NCBI GenBank assembly: GCA_964573135.1
Contig: CAZNIO010000008.1
Span: 1-58,633, forward strand
Length of the DNA: 58,633 bases
Direction of reading: 5' to 3'
From: an uncultured Gammaproteobacteria bacterium
GTDB lineage: Bacteria; Patescibacteriota; Patescibacteriia; UBA2196; GWA2-42-15
A program made the position numbers and the translations under genes. Positions 34,971 through 44,625 of the stretch are shown here, in pieces (position 1 is the first letter of the stretch; each line of letters starts with the position of its first letter). Below the pieces are notes generated by a model. The model was not told where the DNA came from. It made no database searches and saw only the letters and a program-made list of their open reading frames with translations.

Positions 34971-36752
34971 GTGTTAAAAAACATGGAAGAACAAGCAATG
35001 CAAATTAATAAAAAATTCTGGAAAAAACTCTGGAATATTCTCAAGCCTTTTCATAAAAGAATAATCTGGCTGGCTTTTGTTATCGGTTTTTTAGAAATTA
35101 CCAGACTAATTAGTCCATATCTTATAAAATTAGTAATAGATCGTATCGCAAATTTTGACCAAGAAAAACTAAAAGAATTACTCGGACTTGTAGCTCTTAT
35201 GTTTGTCACCGACGGATTTGTCAGTATTGTCCACTATTTTAAAGATAAAAAAATATTTGCTTTTCTACTCAACATGGAATACCATCTGCCAATGGTTTTA
35301 CAAAAAAAGCTAGTCTCCTTATCTTTGGGCTATCATGAAAAAGAAAATACTGGCAACAAAATTATAAAAGTACAACGCGGTGTTGATAAATTAGTTGATT
35401 TAATGGTTAACGCCTGCTGGGAATTCTGGCCTACCGTAACTCAAATCATCTTTACTTTTACACTAATGCTCTACTTTAATGTCAAAGTGGCTTTAATCTT
35501 TGCGTTTTTTGTACCACTTTTTATATTCATTACTTACAAAATGAATAAAAACACAAACCCAATGCGTGTTAAAAGGCATGAAAAATACGAAGAGTCATCC
35601 GGTATGCTTGGCCAATCCATTATAAATATATACACTGTTCAATCTTTCGTTCAAGAGCTTCAAGAAACCCGTAAATTCGAAAAAACAAGAAGAGATATTA
35701 AAAAGATTGAAAATAGAGAATGGAAAATCGTTCTAAACTATAACCTATTGCGCAGCTTTGTCATTGATTTCGGCAGGATATGCGTCGTCCTCTATAGTGC
35801 TTATCTCGCATGGCAAGGCAATATTTCTCTTGGTAGTCTAGTTTTCTTTATAGCACTTTCAGAAACCGCATACCATGCACTATTCCGGGTGTCTCGTACC
35901 TATGATCGACTCATTGAAAGCTCAACCGGAGTACAAAGAATTACCAGCTTACTTGGGGAAGAAACTTCTATACCGAACAATCCAACTATAAAATTAAAAG
36001 ATAGATTAAAAGGCAAAATTGAATTTAAAAATGTTTCCTTTTCATACCACCCGAAAAGTAAAACCAAGGCTCTAAAAAATGTTAATATTTGCATTAATCC
36101 AGGTGAACGAATTGCATTAATCGGACCCTCTGGCGGTGGCAAATCAACCATAGTAAAAGTTCTTTACCGTCATTATGATACTACAAAAGGAGAAATATTA
36201 ATTGACGGACAAAGCGTTCGCAACTATGATCTATATGAATATAGATCCAATTTAGCGATTGTTCCACAAGAAGTTGAGGTATTTAATACAAGTATTCGCG
36301 AAAATATAGCCTACGGTAAAGAAAAAGCAAGTCTGTCTGAAATTAAAAAAGCAGCCAAAACAGCCAATGTTGATTTTATAGATAACATGGAAGATGGCTA
36401 TGACACTCTTGTTGGCGAACGCGGGGTGAAACTTTCCGGCGGACAAAAACAAAGAGTTGGTATTGCAAGAGCCGTTCTATCAAATCCTAGCATATTAATT
36501 TTCGATGAGGCTACAAGCAATCTTGATACTCATTCAGAAAAACTCATTCAGTCCTCAATTGAAAATATCTCCAAAAATCAAACCATGATTATCATTGCTC
36601 ATAGATTATCAACCGTGATTAATGCTGATAAAATTTTTGTCATTGATAAAGGGCAGGTCGTAGAGGCGGGTACACATCAAGAACTATTACAAAACAAAGA
36701 TGGTATTTATTCACACTTACTAAAACTTCAAGCAGTTGGTGAATTAAGATAG
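34971..36752 (+). CDS. ABC exporter, fused permease and ATPase (MsbA/Atm1-like)
   Basis: N-terminal TM domain; GPSGGGKST, LSGGQKQR, FDEATS, IAHRLST; start may be 34983 or 34998. Confidence 0.94.
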   Translation: MLKNMEEQAMQINKKFWKKLWNILKPFHKRIIWLAFVIGFLEITRLISPYLIKLVIDRIANFDQEKLKELLGLVALMFVTDGFVSIVHYFKDKKIFAFLLNMEYHLPMVLQKKLVSLSLGYHEKENTGNKIIKVQRGVDKLVDLMVNACWEFWPTVTQIIFTFTLMLYFNVKVALIFAFFVPLFIFITYKMNKNTNPMRVKRHEKYEESSGMLGQSIINIYTVQSFVQELQETRKFEKTRRDIKKIENREWKIVLNYNLLRSFVIDFGRICVVLYSAYLAWQGNISLGSLVFFIALSETAYHALFRVSRTYDRLIESSTGVQRITSLLGEETSIPNNPTIKLKDRLKGKIEFKNVSFSYHPKSKTKALKNVNICINPGERIALIGPSGGGKSTIVKVLYRHYDTTKGEILIDGQSVRNYDLYEYRSNLAIVPQEVEVFNTSIRENIAYGKEKASLSEIKKAAKTANVDFIDNMEDGYDTLVGERGVKLSGGQKQRVGIARAVLSNPSILIFDEATSNLDTHSEKLIQSSIENISKNQTMIIIAHRLSTVINADKIFVIDKGQVVEAGTHQELLQNKDGIYSHLLKLQAVGELR

Positions 36753-36759
36753 TCATAAT

Positions 36760-36792
36760 AAAATCGCTCCGATAATATATCGGAGCGATTTT
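36760..36792. terminator. Bidirectional intrinsic terminator
   Basis: AAAATCGCTCCGAT-AATAT-ATCGGAGCGATTTT, 14-bp stem between convergent genes. Confidence 0.8.
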
Positions 36793-36801
36793 TAATTTAT
36801 A

Positions 36802-37263
36802 TTATTTACTCATTATCCCTTTCATCCAGCTCTGCCATTCTTCACTACCCGAAGAATCATCTTTGTCTTTGTATTCTGCCCAAAAATCCTCCGGAGTTAA
36901 TATCTTTATCCCCTTATACTCCCCTATCTCCCATAAATGACTATCGTTTGAAATAACATAATCTGCGCCTGCCTCCTCAGCACATTCCAAAAATTTATTA
37001 TCATCTTTGTCGTATTTAACAATATCTACTCTCTTAGTTACCACGATAACATCAATATAGCCAAAAAAATTATTGACCAAATCATAATGTTCGTCATCGT
37101 TGACTAATCGGTCTAAAATTAATTTATTTTCTCGTATAATTTTATCAGATGCCACAGCTCGAATATTGCCATTCATCACCTCATCCATAATACGACGAGG
37201 ATAACTAAAATCATCGCGCCAAGCATCTATTAAAATATTTGTATCTATCACTATAGTTAACAT
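36802..37263 (-). CDS. PIN-domain protein (putative toxin, PIN family)
   Basis: IVIDTNILI, DKDDNKFLECA, ADYVISNDSHL, ILTPEDF. Confidence 0.88.
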   Translation of the reverse strand: MLTIVIDTNILIDAWRDDFSYPRRIMDEVMNGNIRAVASDKIIRENKLILDRLVNDDEHYDLVNNFFGYIDVIVVTKRVDIVKYDKDDNKFLECAEEAGADYVISNDSHLWEIGEYKGIKILTPEDFWAEYKDKDDSSGSEEWQSWMKGIMSK

Positions 37264-37266
37264 AAC

Positions 37267-37298
37267 TTGATTTTAACTGAAAATCTGATATTATTCAA
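37267..37298. promoter_or_regulatory. Overlapping divergent promoters for the PIN gene and ychF within a 40-bp gap
   Basis: - strand TTGAAT, 17 nt, TAAAAT, 6 nt, ATG (37263); + strand TTGATT, 16 nt, TATTAT, 9 nt, ATG (37304). Confidence 0.55.
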
Positions 37299-37303
37299 AT
37301 AAT

Positions 37304-38359
37304 ATGAAAATCGGTATTGTCGGCCTACCAAATGTAGGCAAATCAACCCTATTTAAAGCTTTAACTAAAAAAAACGTTGAAGCTTCCAACTATCCATTCT
37401 GCACCATCGATCCCAACGTTGGTATTGTTGAGGTGCCAGATGATAGACTAGAAAAATTAACTAAGATATATAACTCAGAAAAAACTATCGGAGCCATCAT
37501 CGAATTTGTCGATATTGCGGGACTAGTTAAAAACGCTTCTAAAGGGGAAGGGCTAGGTAACAAATTTCTACATCACATACGAGAAGTTGATGCTATTGCT
37601 CATGTTATAAGAAATTTTCATGATGATAACATCACTCACGTTGAAGGAAAAATTGACCCCAAGGATGATCTGTCGACCATTGAAACTGAACTTGCCATGG
37701 CTGATCTAACCACCATAGAAAAAACCCTAAATAAAGTTAAAGATAAAATCAAAGCCAATGATAAACAAGCTCAAAAAATTCAACCAATTCTGGAAAACAT
37801 TAAAAAATCGCTTGATCAAGGGATAAAACCAGATATTTCAAACCTGAGTAAAGATGAATTAAAACTAATTAAGTCACTCAATTTACTGACCTTAAAACCA
37901 GAAATCTATATTGAAAACATTGATGAAAAAAACTTAAACAACACCAAATCATCTATCCCTAACTCAATCCCTATTTGCGCCAAGCTAGAAGCAGATCTCG
38001 CAGACCTATCAACAGAAGAAATAAAAGAATATTTAACTGAGCTTAATATTAAAAAAACTGGCCTCAGCCAATTAATTCTTCAGAGCTACAAATTACTAAA
38101 CCTTATTACGTATTTTACTTCAGGGCCGAAGGAAACACATGCGTGGACAATCACTGGTGGTACTAAGGCCCCGGGAGCTGCCGGTAAAATTCACACTGAT
38201 TTTGAAACCGGTTTTATCCGTGCCGAAATTATAAACTGGCAAAACCTTTTAAATTCAGGCGGTGAAGTCAAAGCCAAAGAAAAAGGACTTATGCAGCTTG
38301 AGGGTAAAGACTATATTATGAAAGACGGCGACGTCGCATTATTCCACTTTAATAAATAA
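37304..38359 (+). CDS. ychF: Redox-regulated ATPase YchF (OBG family)
   Basis: GIVGLPNVGKSTLF, NYPFCTIDPN, DIAGLV..ASKGEGLGNKFL, TGS domain TYFTSGPKE...DYIMKDGD. Confidence 0.97.
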   Translation: MKIGIVGLPNVGKSTLFKALTKKNVEASNYPFCTIDPNVGIVEVPDDRLEKLTKIYNSEKTIGAIIEFVDIAGLVKNASKGEGLGNKFLHHIREVDAIAHVIRNFHDDNITHVEGKIDPKDDLSTIETELAMADLTTIEKTLNKVKDKIKANDKQAQKIQPILENIKKSLDQGIKPDISNLSKDELKLIKSLNLLTLKPEIYIENIDEKNLNNTKSSIPNSIPICAKLEADLADLSTEEIKEYLTELNIKKTGLSQLILQSYKLLNLITYFTSGPKETHAWTITGGTKAPGAAGKIHTDFETGFIRAEIINWQNLLNSGGEVKAKEKGLMQLEGKDYIMKDGDVALFHFNK

Positions 38360-38360
38360 C

Positions 38361-38837
38361 ATGAAAATACAACGCTCTACCAAAAAACACCAGGAATTAT
38401 TTAAGGAGTGGCGGGAAAAAAGCAGAATGGAAGAAACAACTTGTCGCGAAATACGAAACGGTAAACATTTTACAGATCCCAGTATTCTCTCTTACACATT
38501 TTTTGCAAAAGGAATAAAGGAGCCAGCTGGTAAATTCAATTATTCCAACATCAACAAGCGCAATAAATCCTGTGAATGTGGCTATGCTATTAATCCTAAA
38601 TATAAAGGAAGAGGAATCGGGACAAAAATGATTAAATATTGCATTAATTATTTATTTAAAAACTACAATTTTAACAAGATTTACTGCCAAACTGGTTCTT
38701 TTAACAAGCCATCAATAAAAATATTAAAAAATACAGGGTTCCATCGTGATGGCGTACTAAGAGAACACCATGAGCTCGACGGAAAACTATGGAATGACTA
38801 TGTCTATAGCATTCTCCGTTCTGAGTGGAAAAAATAA
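38361..38837 (+). CDS. GNAT N-acetyltransferase (RimJ/RimL family)
   Basis: CECGYAINPKYKGRGIG, NKPSIKILKNTGFHRDGVLR, YVYSILRSEW. Confidence 0.85.
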   Translation: MKIQRSTKKHQELFKEWREKSRMEETTCREIRNGKHFTDPSILSYTFFAKGIKEPAGKFNYSNINKRNKSCECGYAINPKYKGRGIGTKMIKYCINYLFKNYNFNKIYCQTGSFNKPSIKILKNTGFHRDGVLREHHELDGKLWNDYVYSILRSEWKK

Positions 38838-38889
38838 AAAAATGGAATTTATTCTTTTTCTCCATTTTAATAAATAATTTTATTTTTTA

Positions 38890-39486
38890 TTAAACTTCTA
38901 TCTCTCCCTGTCTTAATATTTGGACCTTTCCGCTCTCAACCCTAACAATTGTTGAGGGCTTCTTCATTTTCAACTCCCCAGTATTCAAAATCATGCCAAC
39001 TTTATCATCTAAATTATCTATCTGTTTTTTAATATCTATAACTGAATAACACACACCTTCTCCAGCTAAATTAGCGCTACTTGCAGTCAGCGGTCTACCC
39101 AATTTTTTAGCTAAATTACTTATCAAATTATTAGTTGAAACTCTAACAGCACAATTATCTTGACCCTCAACCAAATACACATCTTTCTTTTGTGCCCCGA
39201 ATCTCGGTTTAAGAACAATTGATAATCCGGGATATTTTTCAGCTAATTCCAATTCACTATCATTTAACTCAAAAAAATTCTGCAACTGGATTAAACTAGC
39301 CACCACTAAGGGCAAAAATTTATCTTTTTGTCTGCCTTTAAGTTCATAAACCTTATCAATGGCTCGCGAATTTGTAGCGTCACAAATAAAGCCATAAGCA
39401 GTTTCAGTTGGTGCAACTAAAACTCCGCCATTCTCTAAAATAGTGACAGCTTGTTTCAATATTTTTCTATCTGTTTCCACCATCAT
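38890..39486 (-). CDS. tsaC: L-threonylcarbamoyladenylate synthase (TsaC/YrdC)
   Basis: APTETAYG, KGRQKDKFLPL, AVRVS, LTASSANLAG, PSTIV. Confidence 0.93.
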   Translation of the reverse strand: MMVETDRKILKQAVTILENGGVLVAPTETAYGFICDATNSRAIDKVYELKGRQKDKFLPLVVASLIQLQNFFELNDSELELAEKYPGLSIVLKPRFGAQKKDVYLVEGQDNCAVRVSTNNLISNLAKKLGRPLTASSANLAGEGVCYSVIDIKKQIDNLDDKVGMILNTGELKMKKPSTIVRVESGKVQILRQGEIEV

Positions 39487-39489
39487 AAA

Positions 39490-40065
39490 TTATTCAACAA
39501 CTTCTACTTTAGTCCCCACTTCCGCCCAATTATATGTAAATTCAGCCGGCCCTACTCCTAAACGAATACAGCCATGTGATACTGGTACACCTAAATGATC
39601 TACACCTTCCTTATACCCATTAGGCCATTCTGGCAACTCATGTATCCCAATACCGACTGAGGGGATAATCACCATCCAATATGGCATCCACAACCCAGCC
39701 ATACGCGACCATGCTCGATCACTCTTCCCATGCACCATAAATTCACCAATTGGCGTCTCCATACCTCTCTTGCCAGTTGATACTAAAAACTCAGCTATAA
39801 CATCAGGTCCTTCATATAGATACATTTTTTGATCAGATAAATCAATCTGAATTTTTCTAAATTCAAACTTAACCTCATTCTCCGGTAAACTGTCTCCCAA
39901 TGCTACCAGTTTATTATCAGGCAAAGTATCAATTACCTGTATATATGATTCAGGCGAATACTGCTTCTCATTCACTCGACCAGCTAAAATAGGCAAAGTT
40001 GCAACAAAAACCGCTATTATAATTAGCGGTATTCCAAAAACCTTAAAAAATACTCGTCTTAGCAT
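39490..40065 (-). CDS. L,D-transpeptidase (YkuD family) with an N-terminal anchor
   Basis: IQIDLSDQKMY, VSTGK...TPIG, GIHE...SHGCIRL (catalytic His and Cys). Confidence 0.9.
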   Translation of the reverse strand: MLRRVFFKVFGIPLIIIAVFVATLPILAGRVNEKQYSPESYIQVIDTLPDNKLVALGDSLPENEVKFEFRKIQIDLSDQKMYLYEGPDVIAEFLVSTGKRGMETPIGEFMVHGKSDRAWSRMAGLWMPYWMVIIPSVGIGIHELPEWPNGYKEGVDHLGVPVSHGCIRLGVGPAEFTYNWAEVGTKVEVVE

Positions 40066-40070
40066 AAACT

Positions 40071-40433
40071 CTATTTATTCCTTTTCTCATTACTCCTATA
40101 ACCTGTGTCCGTTGTCCAAAACAAAAATAGCTTTTCTTTAAACCCTCCCTTTTTATTAAAAGCTCTCTTTCTAGTCGCCTTCAATTCAGCGGCCTTAATC
40201 TTTTTTACTTTTTTAATCTCATCAATCACGTCAAGAACATCTCCTAATTCCTCAATCAATTCTCTCCTCGTTTTAGCCTTCTGCAGAGCCCCTGCTTCCT
40301 CCTCAACTTTCTTTATTAATTCCTTCTCAAACTGTCTGGGGGGCAATTTTCTAGTTGCCGATTTCCCTCCCCAGTCTATAACATTCTGTGGCACTCTATC
40401 CCTAATTAATTTATTATAATAAATCTTCTTCAT
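40071..40433 (-). CDS. MazG-like nucleoside triphosphate pyrophosphohydrolase
   Basis: YNKLIRDRVP, KVEEEA, EELGDVLDVI, KKGGFKEKLFL. Confidence 0.85.
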   Translation of the reverse strand: MKKIYYNKLIRDRVPQNVIDWGGKSATRKLPPRQFEKELIKKVEEEAGALQKAKTRRELIEELGDVLDVIDEIKKVKKIKAAELKATRKRAFNKKGGFKEKLFLFWTTDTGYRSNEKRNK

Positions 40434-40439
40434 AAAAAT

Positions 40440-41393
40440 CTATTTCTCCCTATAAAATTCAGCTGCATTCTCTGGGCTAACTGTATTTATAATAATCCTC
40501 GAACCCATCTCAACTCCTGCCCAAGTAGAACGCCTAGGACAAATTCTAATATAAAAATGTTCATCCTTATCAGTAATTGACTGGTGTAAATACATATTAT
40601 ACTGAATTTTTTCAGAATTCAACTTACTCACAATATGCTTAAGCATTTTAGCCATGGATGTCACTTCTTCTCTGTTTAGTACTGTAATATTATCCAAATG
40701 TTTTTTGGGCATTACCCAAGCTTCATACTGGTAGTTAGAAGCATATGGTGTAAAGGCCACCACATGTTCATCTGACATTATATACCTCTCTCCTTTCTCT
40801 TCCTTTTTAGCCAAATCACAGTAATAGCAATTACCATGCTCTATCCTATATTCTTGAGCCCTGGTCAGTTTATCAACAATATGAGGCGGTGTAAAACCAG
40901 CCGCAAAAATCTGTGAATGAGCATGACGCAATGATGCGCCCGCCTTGCCCCCTTTATTTTTAAATATAAGGATATATTTAATCTTTTCGTCCTTAGATAA
41001 CTCTTGAGTACGGTTAATATATGTTTCCATAATGGCTATCCAATGATCCAAAGGCAAATCTCCTGTTTCCACATGATGATCCGGGGTTTCTATAACCACC
41101 TCCTGATAACCATAGGCCTTTTCATTCTCTGGCGTAACTGCTGGAAAAATATTTTTTATTACCTTTACCTGCCAATCGTCTTTGTCTCCAGCAAAATATA
41201 ATCCAGGAGTGTCTTTTTGATTATCTGGGCAAAAAGCACACGATTGTTTCTCTTTTTCAATTTGCTCTTTACTCATCTCTGGTTTTGCCTTGGTATCTTT
41301 TGGTCTTTTAGCTCGGCCTGGTGCTACAATCACAAAACGATCATGAATCTTATCCTCTCTGACTTCCGCTTTTTTTAATTTTTCTTGTGCCAT
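40440..41393 (-). CDS. galT: GalT/HIT-superfamily nucleotidyltransferase (Gal-1-P uridylyltransferase / ADP-glucose phosphorylase-like)
   Basis: RAKRP, CAFCP, VIKNIFPA, QEVVIETPDH, FKNKG..AGASLRHAHSQI, CYYC. Confidence 0.85.
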   Translation of the reverse strand: MAQEKLKKAEVREDKIHDRFVIVAPGRAKRPKDTKAKPEMSKEQIEKEKQSCAFCPDNQKDTPGLYFAGDKDDWQVKVIKNIFPAVTPENEKAYGYQEVVIETPDHHVETGDLPLDHWIAIMETYINRTQELSKDEKIKYILIFKNKGGKAGASLRHAHSQIFAAGFTPPHIVDKLTRAQEYRIEHGNCYYCDLAKKEEKGERYIMSDEHVVAFTPYASNYQYEAWVMPKKHLDNITVLNREEVTSMAKMLKHIVSKLNSEKIQYNMYLHQSITDKDEHFYIRICPRRSTWAGVEMGSRIIINTVSPENAAEFYREK

Positions 41394-41398
41394 ATATT

Positions 41399-42781
41399 TT
41401 AACTTAATTTTTTATACAATTTTAGATATTCCTTAGCTGAACTCTCCCAAGAAAAATCCTGCTGCATACAACCAGTCACTATACTCTGCCATTTTTTTTG
41501 ATTACCATACACCCCTAAAGTATCCTTAATAGCCTCAACCATCTCTTGCACATCATAATTCTTGAAATTAAACCCCGTTTTTCCTTTTTTAACTGTGTCC
41601 TTCAAACCCCCCGTCTCACGTACCAATGGTACGCTCCCATATTTCATAGCAATTAACTGTCCCAAACCACACGGTTCATACTTTGAGGGCATTAAAAATA
41701 TATCACTTGAAGCATAAATCTGGCTGGCCAAAGGAGCGCTAAATGTTAAATGTGCTTTAAATTTACCTCGATACTTCTTATTCATCTTACCAAAAAACTC
41801 CTCATATTTTTTCTCTCCAGTACCAAGTATAACTAATTGCAAATCCTCACTCATTAATTCATCAAAAACCTTTTCAAGTAATTCAAAACCCTTCTGCCCC
41901 ACCAATCTTGATATCATACTTATTAAAGGAATATTCTCATTTATCTCTAAACCGCTCATCTCTTGTAAATATTTTTTATTATCTACCTTCCCACTCAAAC
42001 TCTTCAAATCATATTTTTTAAAAATATTTTTATCTTTTTTGGGGTTGAATGTATTATAATCAATACCATTCACAATTCCATACAAGTCTTTTTTTCTTAT
42101 ATTGATCTCCTTCTCCATGCCTGCCCCATATTCTTTAGTCAAAATTTCTTTAGCATAAGTTGGACTAACCGTATTCACAATATTACTTTGTAAAATTGCC
42201 TCTTTCATTACATTCACTTTTCTCTCTTTACCCAATCCTGAAAAATCATCTTCTGCTAAACCAAATTTCTCCAAAGTTCCAATCTGTGCACTTCCCTTAT
42301 ATGCCAAATTATGAATTGTATACAGACTCTTAATATTTCCTTTGCTAAAAATATTAGTCATACCCGTATGCCAGTCATTGGCATGTATTACATTTGGATT
42401 CCATTCAAGTATGCTTGGTAGCTGCGCCACTAGATATGAGAATAAGACAAACCTTTCCCTGTTATTTTTATCAAAAATATCTTTAACTCCAAACCATTCC
42501 TTATTATCAATAAAATATATGGGAACTTTTGACCCTGGTAAATATGATCTTAAAATATTTATCTTAATCTTGCTACCGCCATATTCAACAACCTCATTTT
42601 TCTTAACCAATTCAACATCTTTTCTTTTCTTAATTTCCCTATAATACGGCAAAACCACCCGGATATCCGCCCCCAGTTTCATTAATGCTTTAGGCAAACT
42701 ACCCGCCACATCCCCTAATCCCCCCATCTTAAAAAATGGGGCACATTCATATGCGGTAAAGAGTACTTTAATTTTTTTCAT
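41399..42781 (-). CDS. glgA: Glycogen/starch synthase (GT5), copy 2
   Basis: ECAPFFKMGGLGDV, HANDWH, TIHNLAY, NTVSPTYA, SRLVGQKG, PSKYEPCGL. Confidence 0.95.
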   Translation of the reverse strand: MKKIKVLFTAYECAPFFKMGGLGDVAGSLPKALMKLGADIRVVLPYYREIKKRKDVELVKKNEVVEYGGSKIKINILRSYLPGSKVPIYFIDNKEWFGVKDIFDKNNRERFVLFSYLVAQLPSILEWNPNVIHANDWHTGMTNIFSKGNIKSLYTIHNLAYKGSAQIGTLEKFGLAEDDFSGLGKERKVNVMKEAILQSNIVNTVSPTYAKEILTKEYGAGMEKEINIRKKDLYGIVNGIDYNTFNPKKDKNIFKKYDLKSLSGKVDNKKYLQEMSGLEINENIPLISMISRLVGQKGFELLEKVFDELMSEDLQLVILGTGEKKYEEFFGKMNKKYRGKFKAHLTFSAPLASQIYASSDIFLMPSKYEPCGLGQLIAMKYGSVPLVRETGGLKDTVKKGKTGFNFKNYDVQEMVEAIKDTLGVYGNQKKWQSIVTGCMQQDFSWESSAKEYLKLYKKLS

Positions 42782-42789
42782 AAAAAATA

Positions 42790-43704
42790 TTATGATTTTC
42801 TAATACCATATTTAACTATCTTTTTAACAATATTTGCTCCCGCTATTTCTTCAATCGCCAATGAAGGATTACAATTCACTTCAACTATATATAGCTTTCC
42901 TTTCTCATCTTTCATAATATCAACACCGGCATAATCTAACCCCAACATTTTAGAGGCTTTTATGGCCATATCAGTCATTTTTTTCGTTGGATTAATTTTA
43001 GAGCCTTCACCGCCTTTGGAAATATTTGAGCGAAACTCAATACCCCGAGCTTGACGCTTCATGGCTACAATTACCTTATTATCGATAACAATTAAACGAT
43101 AATCCGATGATTTAGAATTTATAAATGGTTGAATTAGAATATTAGAAGGGTCAATTAGTCCACCAGTAAATTCCATAAAAGAAATAAAAGAAATATGTGA
43201 GTCTAACACACTAACATTATAGCCAAGCGATCCCAAATTCCCTTTAACTACTATTCTATTGCTCTTGTTTCTTTTTAATTGTTCGTCAAGAAAAAACTGA
43301 CTATAATTAATACCTGTCGGAATAACAGACAAACCCCCAAGGGCAAGCTTAATCAAACTGTCACGCTTGTTTTTTGCCAAAAAAGCTGATTCCGGTGAAT
43401 TTATAATTTTTATTCCAGCCTGTTTTAAAAAACGGGCAATAGAAAAACGATCATAAGAATCGCCATTGCACAAACTATAGCGTGGAATAATTAGCTTATA
43501 ATTTTTTAAGTCGAGTGGTTTTGTATTATAATATATTTCCAATTTATTTTTTTTAAAAAATACAGAAAATAAATCACTAAAAAGAATCTCGGGAGTATAT
43601 TTTATTTTTTTAATCTCTTCAGCAAAACGCAGGGCTCTTTGGTATTCATCAGAATCTTCATGGCTAAATAAAAGAATTCCTATTTTAGTTTTTTGTTTGT
43701 CCAT
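42790..43704 (-). CDS. RimK-family ATP-grasp ligase
   Basis: IINSPESAFLAKNK, IVVKGNLGSLG, IQPFI, DYRLIVI, FRSNISKGG, AGVDI, VEVNCNP. Confidence 0.85.
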   Translation of the reverse strand: MDKQKTKIGILLFSHEDSDEYQRALRFAEEIKKIKYTPEILFSDLFSVFFKKNKLEIYYNTKPLDLKNYKLIIPRYSLCNGDSYDRFSIARFLKQAGIKIINSPESAFLAKNKRDSLIKLALGGLSVIPTGINYSQFFLDEQLKRNKSNRIVVKGNLGSLGYNVSVLDSHISFISFMEFTGGLIDPSNILIQPFINSKSSDYRLIVIDNKVIVAMKRQARGIEFRSNISKGGEGSKINPTKKMTDMAIKASKMLGLDYAGVDIMKDEKGKLYIVEVNCNPSLAIEEIAGANIVKKIVKYGIRKS

Positions 43705-43719
43705 ACTTATAGTTAATAA

Positions 43720-44625
43720 TTAAATAATTTTTTTTAAATAATTAATCAGATACTCCATCTGAATTTTTCTAATATTAATTCCTTCTTTTACTGGGGCCTC
43801 TACTCCAAAATTACAGCTCCACTCAATCAACTGTATCTTACCTTTTGGAGTTACGAATAGGTCATAACTCATCCAATGAAATTTTTGCTTCTTTGAAATT
43901 TTCAAACAAAAATTTAATGCTTCTTTGGGAACATCCTGAAAATTAGCCGTTGCTCCAGCTGTAATATTATGTTTCCAGCCATTCCCTTCTCTCCAGTACG
44001 CTGCTGCAATTTTATTCCCCACTGTCACCACTCTTAAATCTCTATCTCTGTTAGGAATAAATTTTTGTACATATAAATATTTTTTAGGATTTTCTTCATG
44101 AGGCCGAGAAAAAATACTCTTAATTATTTTATTTAACTCTTTTTTAGACTCAATTTTGAAAACCTCATCTCCTACTGCCCCAAACGAATCTTTTACTATA
44201 CATGGGTACCCAATTTTATCTGCCAACTTTTTTGCCTTCTCTTCTTCAACTGTGATATATGTTGGGATTATAGGCAACTTTAAATATTTAAAAATTTCAT
44301 ATTGCTTGACCTTATCGTTGTATGAATAATACATATTCATATCAGGCAATACCGGTTTTTTAATAAACTTCTCTATAAAATATATTCTATCATGTATTTT
44401 CCTATAATCCTCATACCATGTATCAGCATGCCAAACATATGCGTCCACTTGATTCTTAACTTTGTTAATTCTTGCCGCCCAATCTGGCTTATATAAATCC
44501 AAAACAATAACCTTCACACCAAACTCTTTCAGATATTTGACATACCCTTTCCATGCTGGGAACCAAGCTTGCCCAACCGCAACTGTTAGTCTTTTATTCT
44601 TTTGATTTTTGATAAATTTCTTCAT
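43720..44625 (-). CDS. ATP-grasp ligase (RimK-like, divergent)
   Basis: YNDKVKQY, YPCIVKDSFGAVG..VFKI, YVQKFIP, DLRVVTVG, WKHNITAGA, SYD, IEWS. Confidence 0.75.
   Translation of the reverse strand: MKKFIKNQKNKRLTVAVGQAWFPAWKGYVKYLKEFGVKVIVLDLYKPDWAARINKVKNQVDAYVWHADTWYEDYRKIHDRIYFIEKFIKKPVLPDMNMYYSYNDKVKQYEIFKYLKLPIIPTYITVEEEKAKKLADKIGYPCIVKDSFGAVGDEVFKIESKKELNKIIKSIFSRPHEENPKKYLYVQKFIPNRDRDLRVVTVGNKIAAAYWREGNGWKHNITAGATANFQDVPKEALNFCLKISKKQKFHWMSYDLFVTPKGKIQLIEWSCNFGVEAPVKEGINIRKIQMEYLINYLKKII

Noticed and set aside
38839-38868. Terminator between the GNAT gene and tsaC
   Set aside because: Only an 8-bp AT-rich stem with a 14-nt loop; too weak to call
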